Positions 41,088-55,191 of a DNA stretch of 64,000 nucleotides are shown in pieces; position 1 is the first letter of the stretch; each line of letters starts with the position of its first letter. Under the pieces are notes generated by a model. The model was not told where the DNA came from. It was given only the letters and a program-made list of their open reading frames with translations, and did not search any database. Origin of the DNA: Octopus vulgaris (lineage: Eukaryota); the NCBI GenBank assembly GCA_951406725.2, contig OX597819.1, forward strand, positions 34,596,001-34,660,000. Reading direction: 5' to 3'. The position numbers and the translations under genes are program-made.

Positions 41088-41197
41088 TTGTGCATTAAGT
41101 CATTAAAAGTTAATGACTTAATATATACATACAAATTACACCAAGTACACACACACAAATATACAAAGTCTCCCAAAAAAGAAACTGAGCTTTTATA

Positions 41198-41818
<621 letters not shown>

Positions 41819-42196
41819 TTTTAAAATAGTATGCGAACAAGCTGGCACAGCATGCTTGTGACTGCAGCACTATAAATAGGTGCTTTTGATCTATCTAATA
41901 ATATTCGTATCTTAACTACATCAACCAGTCATTGATTTACATGTGCTGATTGAGCATATGCTTTGGAGGACTTGTTTAACAATAAAAGCATTTGGAAAAA
42001 TTAATAGTTTGTGTAAAATTGTATTTCAAGTTGAGAAAAATCTTTTACTGAGACTGTTCTAATGTTGCGACAACCCTATGGGAAGAACTCTTTGAACCAT
42101 ATGCAGTGTCATGAGTAGTACAAGCATTTTGAATTAAGAAAAATATCTACCAAAAATGATTTTGAATTTGGACGACCTTCCATTACAAAAGACAAC

Positions 42197-42815
42197 AACC
42201 ACATGGTTCCAGGTTCAGTCCTATTGTGTGGTACCTTGGGCAAGTGTTTTTCTACTATAGCCTCAAACTGACCAAAGCCTTGTGAGTGGATTTGGTAAAC
42301 AGAAACTGTGGACAGAAACGTTAGCATGCTGGGTGAAATGCTTAGCGGTATTTTGTCTGCTGCTATGTTCTGAGTTCAAATTCCACCGAGGTCGACTTTG
42401 CTTTTCATCCTTTTGGGGTCGATTAAATAAGTACCAGTTATGCACTGGGGTCGATATAACTGACTTAATCTGTTTCTCTGTCCTTGTTAGTCCCCTCTGT
42501 GTGTAGCCCCTTGTGGGCAGTAAAGAAATAAGAAACTGTGGACAGAAATGTGTGTGTGTGTGTGTGCGTGCGTGTGTGTGTGTTTGTGTGTGTGTGTGCG
42601 TGTGTGTGTGCGTGCGTGTGTCTGTGTTTGTCCCTCACAACTGCTTGACAACCACTGTTGGCGTGTTTACATCCCCGTAACTTAGCAGTTTGGCAAAAGA
42701 GATCGATAGAATAAGAACCAGACTTATAACAAAATGTACAGAGGTCAGTTCATTTGACTAAAGCTTCTTCAAGGCAGTACCCCAGCATGGCCACAGTTTA
42801 ATGACTAAAACTAAT
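42197..42815 (+). mobile_element. SINE family C interrupted by SINE family D (42319-42530)
   Basis: Direct repeat agaaactgtggacagaaa at 42301-42318 and 42531-42548 flanks the insert. Confidence 0.85.
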
Positions 42816-43255
42816 AGAAGATAAATATCTGTGAAGTTGCCGGAGAAGTAGGCATCTGTAAAAGCTTGTGCTACATGATTTTCTAAAGTAAAACTGAAGA
42901 TGTGCGTGAATTTCATAGATGGAAACTGTGTGGAAGCCCATCGTATATGTATATGTGTGCATGTGTTTCTGTTTGTCTTCTCTGCCATTTAGCAACTGGT
43001 GTTGGTTTTTTTTTATGTCCCTGTGACTTAGCAGTTCAGCAAAAGCGACCAATGAACCAGACTTAGAAAATAGAACAATTATTGGAGTCAATTTGTTTGA
43101 CAGAACTCTTCAAGGTAGTGCCCCAGCATGGTGACAATCCAATGAATGAAACAAGTAAATGATAAAAGATGTATCGTACAGCATGTTTTTAAGGTGGATT
43201 ACTTTAAAACAGGAAATTTGTGTCATAGAACTAGGAGTTGTCTCAGACAGATACC

Positions 43256-43740
43256 AAAAGGGTTCACAACTAAGTGATATTCTAATTTTCAAACCATTTA
43301 ACGGCTGTTTTCCATGCTGGCACAGTTTGGATAATTTCACAAGAGCTGGTCAGTTGGAGAGCTGCCCAGCTTCCTATTGTCTGTTTTGGCATAGTTTCAA
43401 CAGTTGGATGCCCTTCTTAATTCCAACCACTTTACAGAGTATGCTGGGTGCTTTTTACATGGCACCAGCACGTAAAAAGGGTTCAGAACTAAGTGATATT
43501 TTAAATTTCAAATTGTCATCATTTAACGTCTATTTTCCATGCTAGCATGGGTCAGATGGTTTGAAAGGAGCTGACCAGCTGGAGAGTTTCCCAACTCCAT
43601 TTGTCTGTTTTGGCATGGTTTCTATGACAGGATGCCCTTCCTAATGTCAACCATTATACAGAGTGTGTTGGGTGCTTTTTACATGGCACTGGCACCAATG
43701 TGTTTTATGTGGAACAAGAGCTTCTTATGTGGCACCTGAA
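43256..43740 (-). repeat. Local tandem duplication of an RTE 3' end plus its flank
   Basis: aaaagggttca(c/g)aactaagtgatatt occurs at ~43257 and ~43475, each followed by an RTE tail. Confidence 0.75.
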
Positions 43741-44199
43741 ATTTATATACACTGCTATAAGTATTTAATGGGGACAAAAATTTAATTTTTTCTAGGAAGG
43801 GGCTATAGTTGATTCAGTCTGCCAGGAATATTACTGGTATTTAAGTCATTCATCCTGATCGGAGAAATTGTAAAGTCAACCCTACTGAGGTTTGAACCTG
43901 AAATGAAGCTAGATAGTGTTCAGTATGCTATTGTTTCTACAAATAGTATGTGTATGTACATATATGTGTGGCTCAGTCTACTGATCTACAAAATACCAAA
44001 TGGTCAGCTTTTTTGTTTGTTTTCATGGCACAGATGTCTAGAATCACATGACCATTCTTGTCTGAAGCATCAAAATATCGCATTTACCTTCTTGCTTTCT
44101 CCTTCCTTCCTAACCAAACAACCTGAAGAAATGCAACATTTTAGAATTATGGCTATTAATAAACACCGACTCCTTACTTTTTCTCTTTCTTCCTCTCCT

Positions 44200-44244
<45 letters not shown>

Positions 44245-45029
44245 CCACTTGCTTTCTCTCTTAGTCTCAACAATGGATTTCTTTTCAATGATACAAAGAA
44301 CTGCTTAACATGTTAAAAAATACTTAAGTAGGAGTAATCTTAAATCTGGCAATAGTTCTCACCATTTTCAATGAGTTCCAAGAGTCTGGACATTATTGAT
44401 ATTAGTATGCCATTTTTGGTTTACACTTCACTATCTTTTAATTTTGCCTTTTTTTAATTTTTTCTTTCTTTGACCAGTTTTCACTTGTTACTTTTTTTTT
44501 TTTTTTTGTTCTAATTGTCGTCAATACCATTTTGGCCATTGGCAATAAGCTTTTTGTCTTATTTTGTCTTCAGTTTACCTAATATTGCTGTGATGGCTAG
44601 AACTGTTATCAGCAAGTATTGACAACATTACTGTCAGCATTATCAGCATCATCATCAATGTCTCCAGTCATCATTATTCTGTCATCATCACCATCATCAG
44701 TCAAGCCATGGCTAAAATTGTCTCCATCGCCACAGCCCCACTCAATCACACAGCTATAAGAAACATTTCTTTCTAATTTCAGCATAAAACCAGCAGTTTT
44801 GAAGGGAGGAAGAAGCTGATTTCATCGACCCCCCAGTCTCAACTGGTACTTATTTTATCAAAACCTGAAAGGATGAAAGGCAATGTTGATTTCAGTGGCA
44901 TTTGAACTCAGAACATAAAGAGCTGAAAGAAATACTGCTAAACAGCTAAACATTTCGTCCACCACAGTAATAATTCTGTCAGCTTGCTACCTTTCGGATA
45001 TAAGAAGCAACGAGAGCCAACTGCCTTAA

Positions 45030-45239
45030 TCCTTTAACATTTAAAATGGCCACATCCAGCCCAAATATTCAACATGCTTTATGTTCAAAACTGATCAGAC
45101 CCAGCCTCTTGCATCTCCCTTGCAAAACTAAACAATCAAATCATCGAAATCTTGTAGCTATGAGATAAAGCATGATTAATTCAAAACAACATGAATAAAT
45201 AAGCTTTAGATATGATGAAGTAATCTGAATGAGAGAAGG
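45030..45239 (+). mobile_element. TTAA MITE, diverged
   Basis: TTAA flanks; matches 7649-7868. Confidence 0.75.
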
Positions 45240-47982
45240 TTAAGGCAGGTCAAATGCTAGTCATTCTTTTATGAGCAAAGTTCAGGTAAAAATCACAGCC
45301 TATAGAACTTACAAACTGGACAGCTCTTAACCAATACAATTCCTCCAGTATCCTCATCCAAACCATGAAAGATGACTGCATATTCATCACATGATCTATA
45401 AGGCCTCCACAGTCTGAAACTGCATCTGATTATTTTAGTCCTTTGCCAATCTCCACCAATTTTTCAGAATCTTCCTTTCCTCTCCTTCTCAACTATGATG
45501 GTTCTACAAGCAGTAACCCTTACTGAGAGAACTGACCTTGCCTAGATTTGAAGTGACAAAATCAAAGAAATACTGCAAGACATTATCCCTTTCACTGACA
45601 CCCTAATGATTTTGCCATTTTGGAATAACCTCTTTAGAATACATCTATACTCTGGAAGAATGTATAATAACATTATTACAAAATAAAGCAATATAACAGT
45701 ATAGATGTATTCTAAATGGATTATTCCAAAATGGGAAAATCATTAGAGTCAGGAGGGGAGGTAGTATCTTGTAGTATTTCTTTCTTTTGTAGCTTCAAAT
45801 GTGGGCAAGGCCAACTTCGCCTGCCATTCTTTTGAAATTGACAAAATAAAGAATCAATCAAGTACTAGAAGGTTCTGTTATCAACAAGCCCTATTCCCTC
45901 AAAAGTGGTGGCCTTGTGCCAAAATTAGAAATTACTATAATCAGCTAATACTGATTTTCCTTTTTAATGAAATCATTTGGTTTATTGGCTGCAGGGTTTC
46001 ACCTGGATAGTCAGGCAAGAGTCACTTAAAAAATAGATACTACTGATTGTCTGTCACAACGAGCAACCATTCTCTGGTGCGTGTCTGTGAGGTGAGGATT
46101 ATTGTTAGATGTTTAACGGTTACTGAAGTAGGTGTGAACAACTGGTGTTAATGGAAAAGTAAATAGAGCGGAGCAAATGGCAGCATGATGTGATTTGGTG
46201 TGTGTGGTATGGTGTGGTTTTACATGACAAAGAATGCAATGGAACAGGTAAAGAGGGGAGTAAGGAACTGATGAATATTGTTAACTCCAGGTCAACCCTA
46301 ATGGAGCAGTTTTAGGATCAAAAGCATTCCAGCTGTGACCCTTTTGTCTTCTCAGGCATACCTAGGAATACACCACATTACTGAATGTGCCCCCTTTTTT
46401 TTTTTTTTTTGCAAAAACTTAGGTTGTGGCTTTAAAAGAGGTTTGGCTGCTATCGCTACCAAGTTGAAACAAATGTGTAGGGACCCCATTATTGTCAGAA
46501 TCAAAAGGTATGATTAAAAGTGGTGGGAAATAGAAAGGAGAGAAAAAGAGTAGGAATCCATCTGAATGGAGCAGTGGAGTGAATAAGTGAATATAAAAGA
46601 AGGGTGAGTCGAGAAATGACAGAGGGGAAACTTAACAGGTGGGAAAGAAAATATGAAAGACAACAGATATAGAGTTAGAGCAGTGATACATAGCTCAGTC
46701 CAGATGGTCACACCACTGATTCATGTCAGAGTTTTGGTGGTTCATGGAGAGTTGTCCTACTCTGTTGTTACACAATCAAAAGTAAATTTTATATTTAGTG
46801 GTGTGAATTCTTTGGACCAACCTCTAAAACTAAGGACCATGTGGTTGGGAAACAAGATTCTTTCCACACGCCCACACACCTGCACCATATTCATTATCAT
46901 CGTTTAATGTCCACCTTCCATACAGGCATGGGTTGAACAGTTTGACAGGAGCCAGCCAGGTAGAAGACTAACCCAGGCTACTGTCTATTTTGGCTTGGTT
47001 TTTACAGCTATGTGATTGGGAAACAAGCTTCTTTCCACACACCCACACACCTGCACCATATTCATTATGCCCTTCCAAATGCCAACCATTTTGTGTGAAC
47101 TGGATGCTTTTTACATGACACCAACACCAGTGGGGTTGCCAAGTAACTTGCAAGACAAGGAAATTTGAGAGAGGAAGGGCCATTGGAGGTGGAATTGGAG
47201 GGAGAACTGAAGGAGGCATTGTATATATATATATATATAAATAAAAACTTACTTGGAGAAGAGAAACGACGCGTGCGTTCGGTCATATAATAACAATATA
47301 ATAAATAAATAAAATATATGCATATATACATACATATATGTACATACTTACATCTACATGTACATATACAAGCATATATATATATATATATGAGTATAGG
47401 ACACCACAAATAAACGTAGAACACAACGAGAAACGAAAACATAAAATCAAACAAGGAAACAGACTTTTTTTTAACAATGAAAAAACAGAGGACAAACAAT
47501 ACAAGGAAAATTCCCCTTCATCAGCTGCCCCTGGTTCGACTCAATGCATATTTCGAAGGTAAGGGCAGAACACAGCCAGGTCGAAACAGTCCTTCCTGCA
47601 AAAGGAATTAAATAAAATTCTTTTGCAGAGGGGTAAAACAAGTGACAAGAACAGGACGTAAAAGCAATACAAATGAAGAAAAAACAGTACAAATAAGGAA
47701 TAACAGGACAGGGAACCAACAATAATATATATATATTAGACTATTTTTCTTAGTTTATTGCACGGTGATCACCATAAGCTGTAAGCTTATATAAAAATGC
47801 CATTATTATTATTTACAGGATTGTAAAAACTGCCATATAAAAAAACATTCACACCAAAAGCATATATATATATATATATTTATAAATAAGGATAATATCA
47901 ATATTTAAATATCGATCTCATCAAGTGGCCAGTATGGGAATAAATACCATACAAAGGTAATAATTATTTAAAACTATAAATT

Positions 47983-48029
47983 AGGGTATCTGAGAGATAC
48001 CACCATGCTGAAATAGCAGTCAAAACCCT
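47983..48029 (+). ncRNA. HHR-like motif with shortened core CUGAGA (decayed)
   Basis: agggtat CUGAGA gata-ccacca-tgct GAAA tagca GUC aaaaccct. Inverted second copy at 49471-49516. Confidence 0.4.
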
Positions 48030-49536
48030 GACCCTAAAGCCACAGCGCTAGGAGAGAAGGTATGTTGGTCAAGAGGCTATGTGTTTCTGACCAACAGGTT
48101 TGATGAGTTGTCTACATTGCCTGGTAGAATTTTAGATGCAAAACCAATGCCAACTTTCTGAATGATTGTATGCCATAACCAGGAATATACTATTTGACAA
48201 TGTAAAAGTATAAATTTATATACGTAGGGAATATAGTAAGAGAAGGCTGAAAATGCATTAAATTTTATATATATATATATACATATATATTTTTTTGTTT
48301 AAATAAAACAAGTTTAACTTTTTAACATAAGGGTATTATTCTCTGTTTTTATACATAAGAGAATAAAAAAAAACAAAAATACATTTGCACATGAATACTT
48401 TTCATATTATAATCATACTGAAACTATATTGGTGTACGTATTCACAAGATAATTTTGCCATGCATAATACAAATAAAGGGGAGAGAAGGGAAAAAGGAAA
48501 AAAAGGATCACATGTTACTTTGTGCCTTTCATTATATGAAAGATTCAAAGTAACATGTGAGAAAAAGGTTTCGGTGTATGCTTTTTTTTTATATGTGTGT
48601 TGCAGCCAAAAGAGTTTTTTTGCAGTAGAAGAAAAATCACACACACACACATACACACACACACACACAATTTGTAAGTGCAGACACAAAGAACATATGG
48701 AAAAAGTTCCAAAGTGGGTAAGTTGATTACTCATCTCTTGTTCTCTTTTCCATATGTCATTCATTCATAGATTTTAGATTTTAACTGAATGGAATAAAGA
48801 GCAATCACTGATTACACACTTTCTCGTTCATATACATCTATTGTGTTAATGGCCCTACCTTAGTTTAAATATAGAAATTAATTTACACTCGTGGTTCATA
48901 TTTCATATTATGAATCATAATTCATGACAATACCTTCAGTGAGCCGAGTCGATAAAGCCCAACAATTATCCAATCATATAAATTGAAAGCAGCTTGATAG
49001 GATCAAGACTGCTTTGCTTTTAACACCATCAATTACATGATATTTACCACAGGCCTAGACAGTATCCTATATCATCATCATCATCATCATTGTCATCATT
49101 TAACATCTGTTTTCCATGCTGGCTTGGGTTGAACAGTTTGACAGGAACCAGCCAGCTGAAGTCTGCTCAGGATCCATGTCTGTTTTGTAATGGTTTCTAT
49201 GGCTGGATGCCCTTCCTAACACCAGCCACTTTTTACAGAGTGTACTGTGTGCTTTAACACAGCTCTGGCATGTGTACTTTTACATGGCACTAGCACTTAC
49301 AAGCCCACAAGATTAGGAATGCTCAACTGAAGAGGGATGCATGGGATATATATATATGTCTTTTGTTTATTTCCGTAAACCTGCCTTCGTCTTTTGTCTA
49401 TTTTCATAAAGCTTCCCGTTATATATATATATGTGGTGCGATATGAACATTTTAGGTGGTTTTTAGAGTCAGGGTTTGACTGCTATTTTGGCATGGTGGT
49501 GTCTCTCAGATACCCTTATTTATAGTTATATATATA

Positions 49537-50762
49537 TCATCATCATCATCATCATCATCATCGTTTAGCGTCCGCTTTCCATGCTAGCATGGGTTGGACG
49601 GTTCAACTGGGGTCTGGGAAGCCAGAAGGCTGCATCAGGCCCAGTCTAATCTGGCAATGTTTCTATGGCTGGATGCCCTTCCTAATGCCAACCACTCCAT
49701 GAGTGTAGTAGGTGCTTTTTACGTGCCACCGGCACAGGTGCCAGACGAGTCTGGCAAATGGCCACAGTCGGATGGTGCTTTTTCTGTGCCACCGGCATGG
49801 GGGCCAGGCGAAGCTGGCAATGGCCACGAATGGATGGTGCTTTTTATGTGCCACCGGCACGAGGCCAGTCGGGGCAGCGGTGGCAACGGCCACATTCGGA
49901 TGGTTCTCTTACGTACCACCGGCACTGGTATCTCTGCTGCAATTTCCATTGATCCATTTCGATTCTGATTCTCACTTGCCTCAACAGGTCTTCACAAGTA
50001 GAGTTTTGTGTCCCAAGAAGGGAAGGTATGCATAAGTGGACTGGCTACATCCCGTGTAGAAGGCCATGGGTTATGGTCTCACTTGTCCTGCCGGGTCTTC
50101 TCACGCACAGCATACTTCCAGAGGTCTCGGTCTCTAGTCATTTCCTCAGTGAGACCTAAAGTTTGAAGGTCGTGCTTCACCACCTCGTCCCAGGTTTTCC
50201 TGGGTCTGCCTCTTCCACAGGTTCCCTCAACTGCTAGGGTGTGGCACTTTTTCACACAACTATCTTCATCCATTCTCACCACATGACCATACCAGCGCAA
50301 ACGTCTCTCTTGCACACCACATCTGATGCTTCTTAGGTCCAGCTTTTCTCTCAAGGTACTTACACTCTGTTGAGTATGAACACTGACATTACACATCCAT
50401 TGGAGCATACTGCCTTCATTTCTTGCGAGCTTACGCATATCCTCAGCAGTCACAGCCCATGTTTCACTGCCATGTAGCATGGCTGTTCATACACACGCGT
50501 CATACAGTCTGCCTTTTACTCTGAGCGAGAGGCCTTTTGTCACCAGCAGAGGTAAGAGCTCTCTGAACTTTGGCCAGGCTATTCTTACTCTAGCAGTTAC
50601 ACTTTCAGCACAACCACCCCCGCTACTGACTTGGTCACCCAGGTAACAGAAGCTATCAACTATTTCTAGTTTTTCTCCCTGGAAAGTGACAGAAGTTGGT
50701 CTCAGAGCATTTTCAGTGTTTATTGTTCCTGAGCATCTGCCACATACAAAAACTATCTTCCT
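49537..50762 (-). mobile_element. RTE-clade LINE 3' 1.2 kb (ORF C-terminus plus UTR)
   Basis: LHGSETWA, RRLRWYGHVVRM, GRGRPRKTW motifs (ORF 50079-50480) contiguous with the ubiquitous 3' UTR. Confidence 0.93.
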
Positions 50763-51018
50763 CCAAAATTAGGAAATGGAGTAGATAAAATCCATGCTAT
50801 ATATGTCTCATAACTAGAAGAACTTCAGAGGTAATTATCCAAACGTGGGTGATCCACTAGCTACTCATCAGGCCAAAGATAACTTAAGCAAAAGAATGTT
50901 TGCCTCGATGAGTAGCTAGCAGATTACCCCTTGTTTGGATAATTACTACTTCTGAGATTCTGATAGCTATGAAACATATGTAGCCTGGATTTTAACTACT
51001 CCTTTCCCTAATTTTGGA
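50762..51018. mobile_element. Fold-back element with two inverted, decayed type I HHRs (probable PLE terminus)
   Basis: ~257-bp imperfect palindrome. The minus arm has ggcCUGAUGAgtagcta; the plus arm has tagctatGAAACAUAUGUAgcc. Confidence 0.7.
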
Positions 51019-51201
51019 TTTCTATTCCCATACACAGCAACCCCTGCTGCTAACTGTAAGCTATAAAACAATTTCTTCAGCTTATTGAATTTTGATACCG
51101 GAAAATCTTACAATTTTCTATGTCAATAAACCACTATTGTTCCTGAAGGTTGTCTTTGATGGACTGCTCAAAGCTATCTTTCTACACCTTGAGTCTTGAA
51201 T

Positions 51202-51237
<36 letters not shown>

Positions 51238-52182
51238 GTGAGAGGCACCAAAATCTTTTAAGTACTTAGGGCCCTGAATATGATAAACCTCATAAAACAA
51301 GGTCATCGAAAGTTGTCTTTGAGACAGACATGATGTGGTGTTGGTGGTGAGGTGCCAACTACCAACCATGTGATCGGAAAAAACAAAAATACCACCATAT
51401 CTACTTCCTTTAAGATTCGATCTCTTCTGTCAATAGTAACACAGACAATATTTTTAAGCAGCCAATCAAATTAGTAATTTCTGTTTGGAAATGATTTGGA
51501 AATCTAAAGCTTCAATTATTGACTGAATGAGATATTTTCTGCAGAAACATTAAATATAACACAAAAGTCAGTCTTGACTGACAACATTATATCGATGTCT
51601 TTAACACTACAATGAACAGCAAATAGCACCAATTCACTTAATCAATGACACTTTCTTGAATTTTTCAACCAATCTCAGACTTTTATTTTCTCAGACTTTT
51701 ATTTTCTCCATAACCTGCTCTCTCTATTGCAAAGGTTGTTATATTTAAGTCAATAAAATCTCTTGAGATTATGAGAACTGAATACAAGTTTATTTCCTCT
51801 TCTGTGTAAAATATGCATATTACTAGACCAAATGTCCATGTATAATAAGACATGGGACAATTACATACAAGGGAAACAGATGACAGGTAATGGACGAGTG
51901 AAAGGTTGGGACATTGAGACATTTAAATCACAGTATTGGCACTGTGCTGTTGTATGTGACCAAGGCATTAATCCCAAGATGATTTAGTGCATTTAAATGT
52001 AGTGTTTAGCTCCAGGTCACCTCTGATCAAACAGACCTATAATCAAAGACATTCCAGCCATAACCATCCCATTTTCTTGTATATTCAGAACTACATTTTT
52101 AAAATGTTAGGGTATAATTTGAGGGAGATTTGGCTGCCGTTTCTGTCAGGTCAAGTGGACATACAGTGACTGTCTCCTTTTC

Positions 52183-52362
52183 CCGTAAAAAGCACCCACT
52201 ACACTCTCAGAGTGGTTGGCGTTAGGAAGGGCATCCAGCTGTAGAAACTCTGCCAGATCAAGATTGGAGCCTGGTGCAGCCATCTGGTTTGCCAGCCCTC
52301 AGTCAAAATCATCCAACCCATGCTAGCATGGAAAGCAGACATTAAACGATGATAATGATAAT
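52183..52362 (+). mobile_element. RTE LINE 3' end
   Basis: Near-identical to 4643-4808. Confidence 0.85.
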
Positions 52363-52491
52363 GAATTTGCAGTGTTATGTTCAATTCTAGGTAGTCAACC
52401 TCAACTCAGAGTTCTCAAATTATCTTGGCTCATCTTACCATTGAATCAACACTTTAGTTCTATTTACAGGCTGCAACGTAAGTGTGTGTGT

Positions 52492-52533
<42 letters not shown>

Positions 52534-53296
52534 ATGTGTGCGCACGCACATAGCAGTCCATTATGTCAAATTCAGGATAATAGTTGGTACGTGTGATTGT
52601 GTGTGTACATGTGTGTATAATAGTCTATTCCATGTTATAGGCTCAGGCATGGCTCTGTGGTAATAAACTTGCTTTCCATCTACATGGTTCTGGGTTCAGT
52701 CCCACTGCATGGTACCTTGGGCAAGTGCCTTGTACTATAGCCTCAAGGCAACCAAAACCTTGTGAGTGGATTTGGTAGACTGAAACTGAAAGAGTCCTGT
52801 CATGCATGTATGTGTGCATGTGTGTGTGTGTGTGTGTGCATGTGTGTGTGTGTGTGTGTATGTGCAGTGGCAGACTGGCCAGGTTGTCAGCTTGCCCAAT
52901 GGTAAGTGGGTCCCCTTAGACATTAGATTCCATATATGGGTTGAGAGGCATGTTAGTATGTAAGGGGCCCATGAAAAAAAATTTTGCTTTCAAAGAAAAT
53001 ATTTGAAATCTTAGAGAAAGAATAAGAATTTTAAGAAGACAAATAAAACAATTAAGCAAAGCAGTTGGTCAATTAATTCCCTTGGGAATTATTAGAAACC
53101 AAAATATATGATACAGCAGACAGCTAGTCAGTGGTGATAAAGTGTAACTAAATTCATATACATATTAATGCATATATACACATATACACACACACACCTA
53201 CATGTATATGGATACATATATATATATATATATCGTTTTGTTTACCATGTAGACAGTCATCGAAATTTTTGTTTGTCTTGTTGTCGAGAGAGGCTC

Positions 53297-53389
53297 CCTT
53301 TCTTTCCTGATGAGAAGATTGCATAATGCACCCTTTATTCCTTTGGAATGAAACCATGTTGTCTTCGAAACATATGTCGAGAGTAAAGG
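53297..53389 (+). ncRNA. Type I hammerhead ribozyme, intact canonical core
   Basis: Stem I cctttctttc / gagag-t-aaagg; CUGAUGA 53307-53313; stem II gaagat/gtcttc; GAAA 53367-53370; palindromic stem III ACAUAUGU; GUC site, predicted cut after 53378. Confidence 0.85.
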
Positions 53390-53640
53390 AATTTTGTTAA
53401 CATCTTCGTTCGACTCCATTCTTTCATTTATTCATATACAACACACAAATTTCTGCACATGAACCCGGAGTTTCTACCCTTGGACAGGTCACTTCAACCG
53501 TGTTTCTGACGTGAATTTGCTACCCTGGTTTTGGTTCAACGAATTTTCCATGCTGACGATAAACATAGGATAATTCATTCACCTATTTAAATATATATAT
53601 ATATATATATTGTATATGTGGAATAGTATCATAACACATC

Positions 53641-53679
<39 letters not shown>

Positions 53680-53837
53680 CACAAACAAACATCCTAAGGG
53701 ACTTTGGCTGGCATTGGGTTGAACCTAACAGTTATTAGCCTCCACACAACAAGCAATAAAACCAGAAGCAGATTATAATTGACATATGTATGTATGTATG
53801 TATGGATGGATGGATGGATGGATGGATGGATAGATAG

Positions 53838-54405
53838 ATGGGTCCCATTGTCAAGTCAGTAGAATCAAAATTTGTACAGCACAAACAGTTGTATAAAGAT
53901 GTATCCTGCTTGAACCCAGCTAAGTTTAAAACGTTTGCAGAGAAGGGCCTTGAAGTTGAAACATTGGAAGGTATTATTAAGTTGTTTCCACAAATCAGCA
54001 AAGACCAGGTAAGTTTGGAATTGTCTTCTTTTGCTTCAACCTTTGATGTATTAAAGCTATTAGTTAATGATGGTGAGAATATGGGTTCCAGTTACAACAA
54101 CTGTAAAATTTGCAGCACTTGCCCATCGCGTATACTAAAAATCCTGGCATCCAACAGACTTCATGACAAGGCATATGATAACCTCCATGACCTTTATAAA
54201 GTCATCTGCACACTATCAGTTACCCAAGTCCAATGTGCGAGGACATTTTCAAAGCTAAAGATCATGAAGACAAGATAAAGAAGTTCACTGTCTGAGGAGA
54301 AATTGGAAGTATACATGTTGCTATCCATTGAAAACAAATTGTTAGATGAATTGGATACAGAAGCAATTACTGACAGATTTGCACAATCATCTAGTGAACA
54401 CAAAT
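53838..54405 (+). pseudogene. hAT transposase C-terminal dimerisation domain relic
   Basis: LYKVICTLSVTQVQCARTFSKLKIMKTR*RSSLSEEKLEVYMLLSIE matches the hAT ERxFSxLxxxKxxLRS motif; in-frame stop at 54276. Confidence 0.85.
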
Positions 54406-55155
54406 AAGCGCTCTTAATATAGTGGGCTGCAATCAATACAAGTTTTGTACATTTGAACTATCTGTGTAAAGTGTGCAGTATAAGTAAGCAATTTTAAAAT
54501 ATCCACCAATTACTTAAAACTTTAAAAACTTGGTACGTGTATAATATACAGCTATTTTGAAAATGTTATAAGGGTTTTATAAAAAAAAAAGTAGTAGCAA
54601 GAGGCAAGGAAAAAAGAATAATAGAAGGAAATAAAATATTAAAACTAGAAGAAATCAAAATCATGTAAATTTATATTTTATTGCAGAAGCAATCAAAGTG
54701 GTGGTGATAGAATTCTTGGCATATGTACATTTAATTAAAAACAAAATATGAACAGGTTGTTTAAAAGAAATCTCTTTTGTAAAGAGTAAATAAACAAACA
54801 AATGATGTATATGTATGAAGATGTGAAATTGGCTACAATACCATGATTTTCATAAGAAAACATAGCAATCTCTTTGACAGTAATAAGTCTTCATTAAAAA
54901 TAATGAAATTGATTTATATATTTATTGGTCTTTATTTTCAGTTTGGTTTAAAAATTTTCAAAATAACAGTGTATTATATATTCACCAAAGCATTTATTTA
55001 AAAATTCATTCTGAATTTACAATTGGTATTACTACTGTAAACTGCCAGTACATGTACATTGTAATTAATGGAAAATATACAATTTTTTTTCACAAAAATT
55101 TGAGTTGCACCTTTTTGTTTCCACTTATGTATGTTTTGAAAATTTTATTTATTCA

Positions 55156-55157
<2 letters not shown>

Positions 55158-55191
<34 letters not shown>

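Noticed and set aside
47505-47600. CUGAUGA and GAAA on the minus strand, GAAACAGUC on the plus strand (similar at 33680-33710)
   Set aside because: Order and pairing did not give a convincing HHR fold by eye. Probably PLE-related but unsupported.
48106-48155. UUGAUGA...stem...AAAA possible decayed HHR
   Set aside because: Needs at least three corrections to the core and cleavage site.
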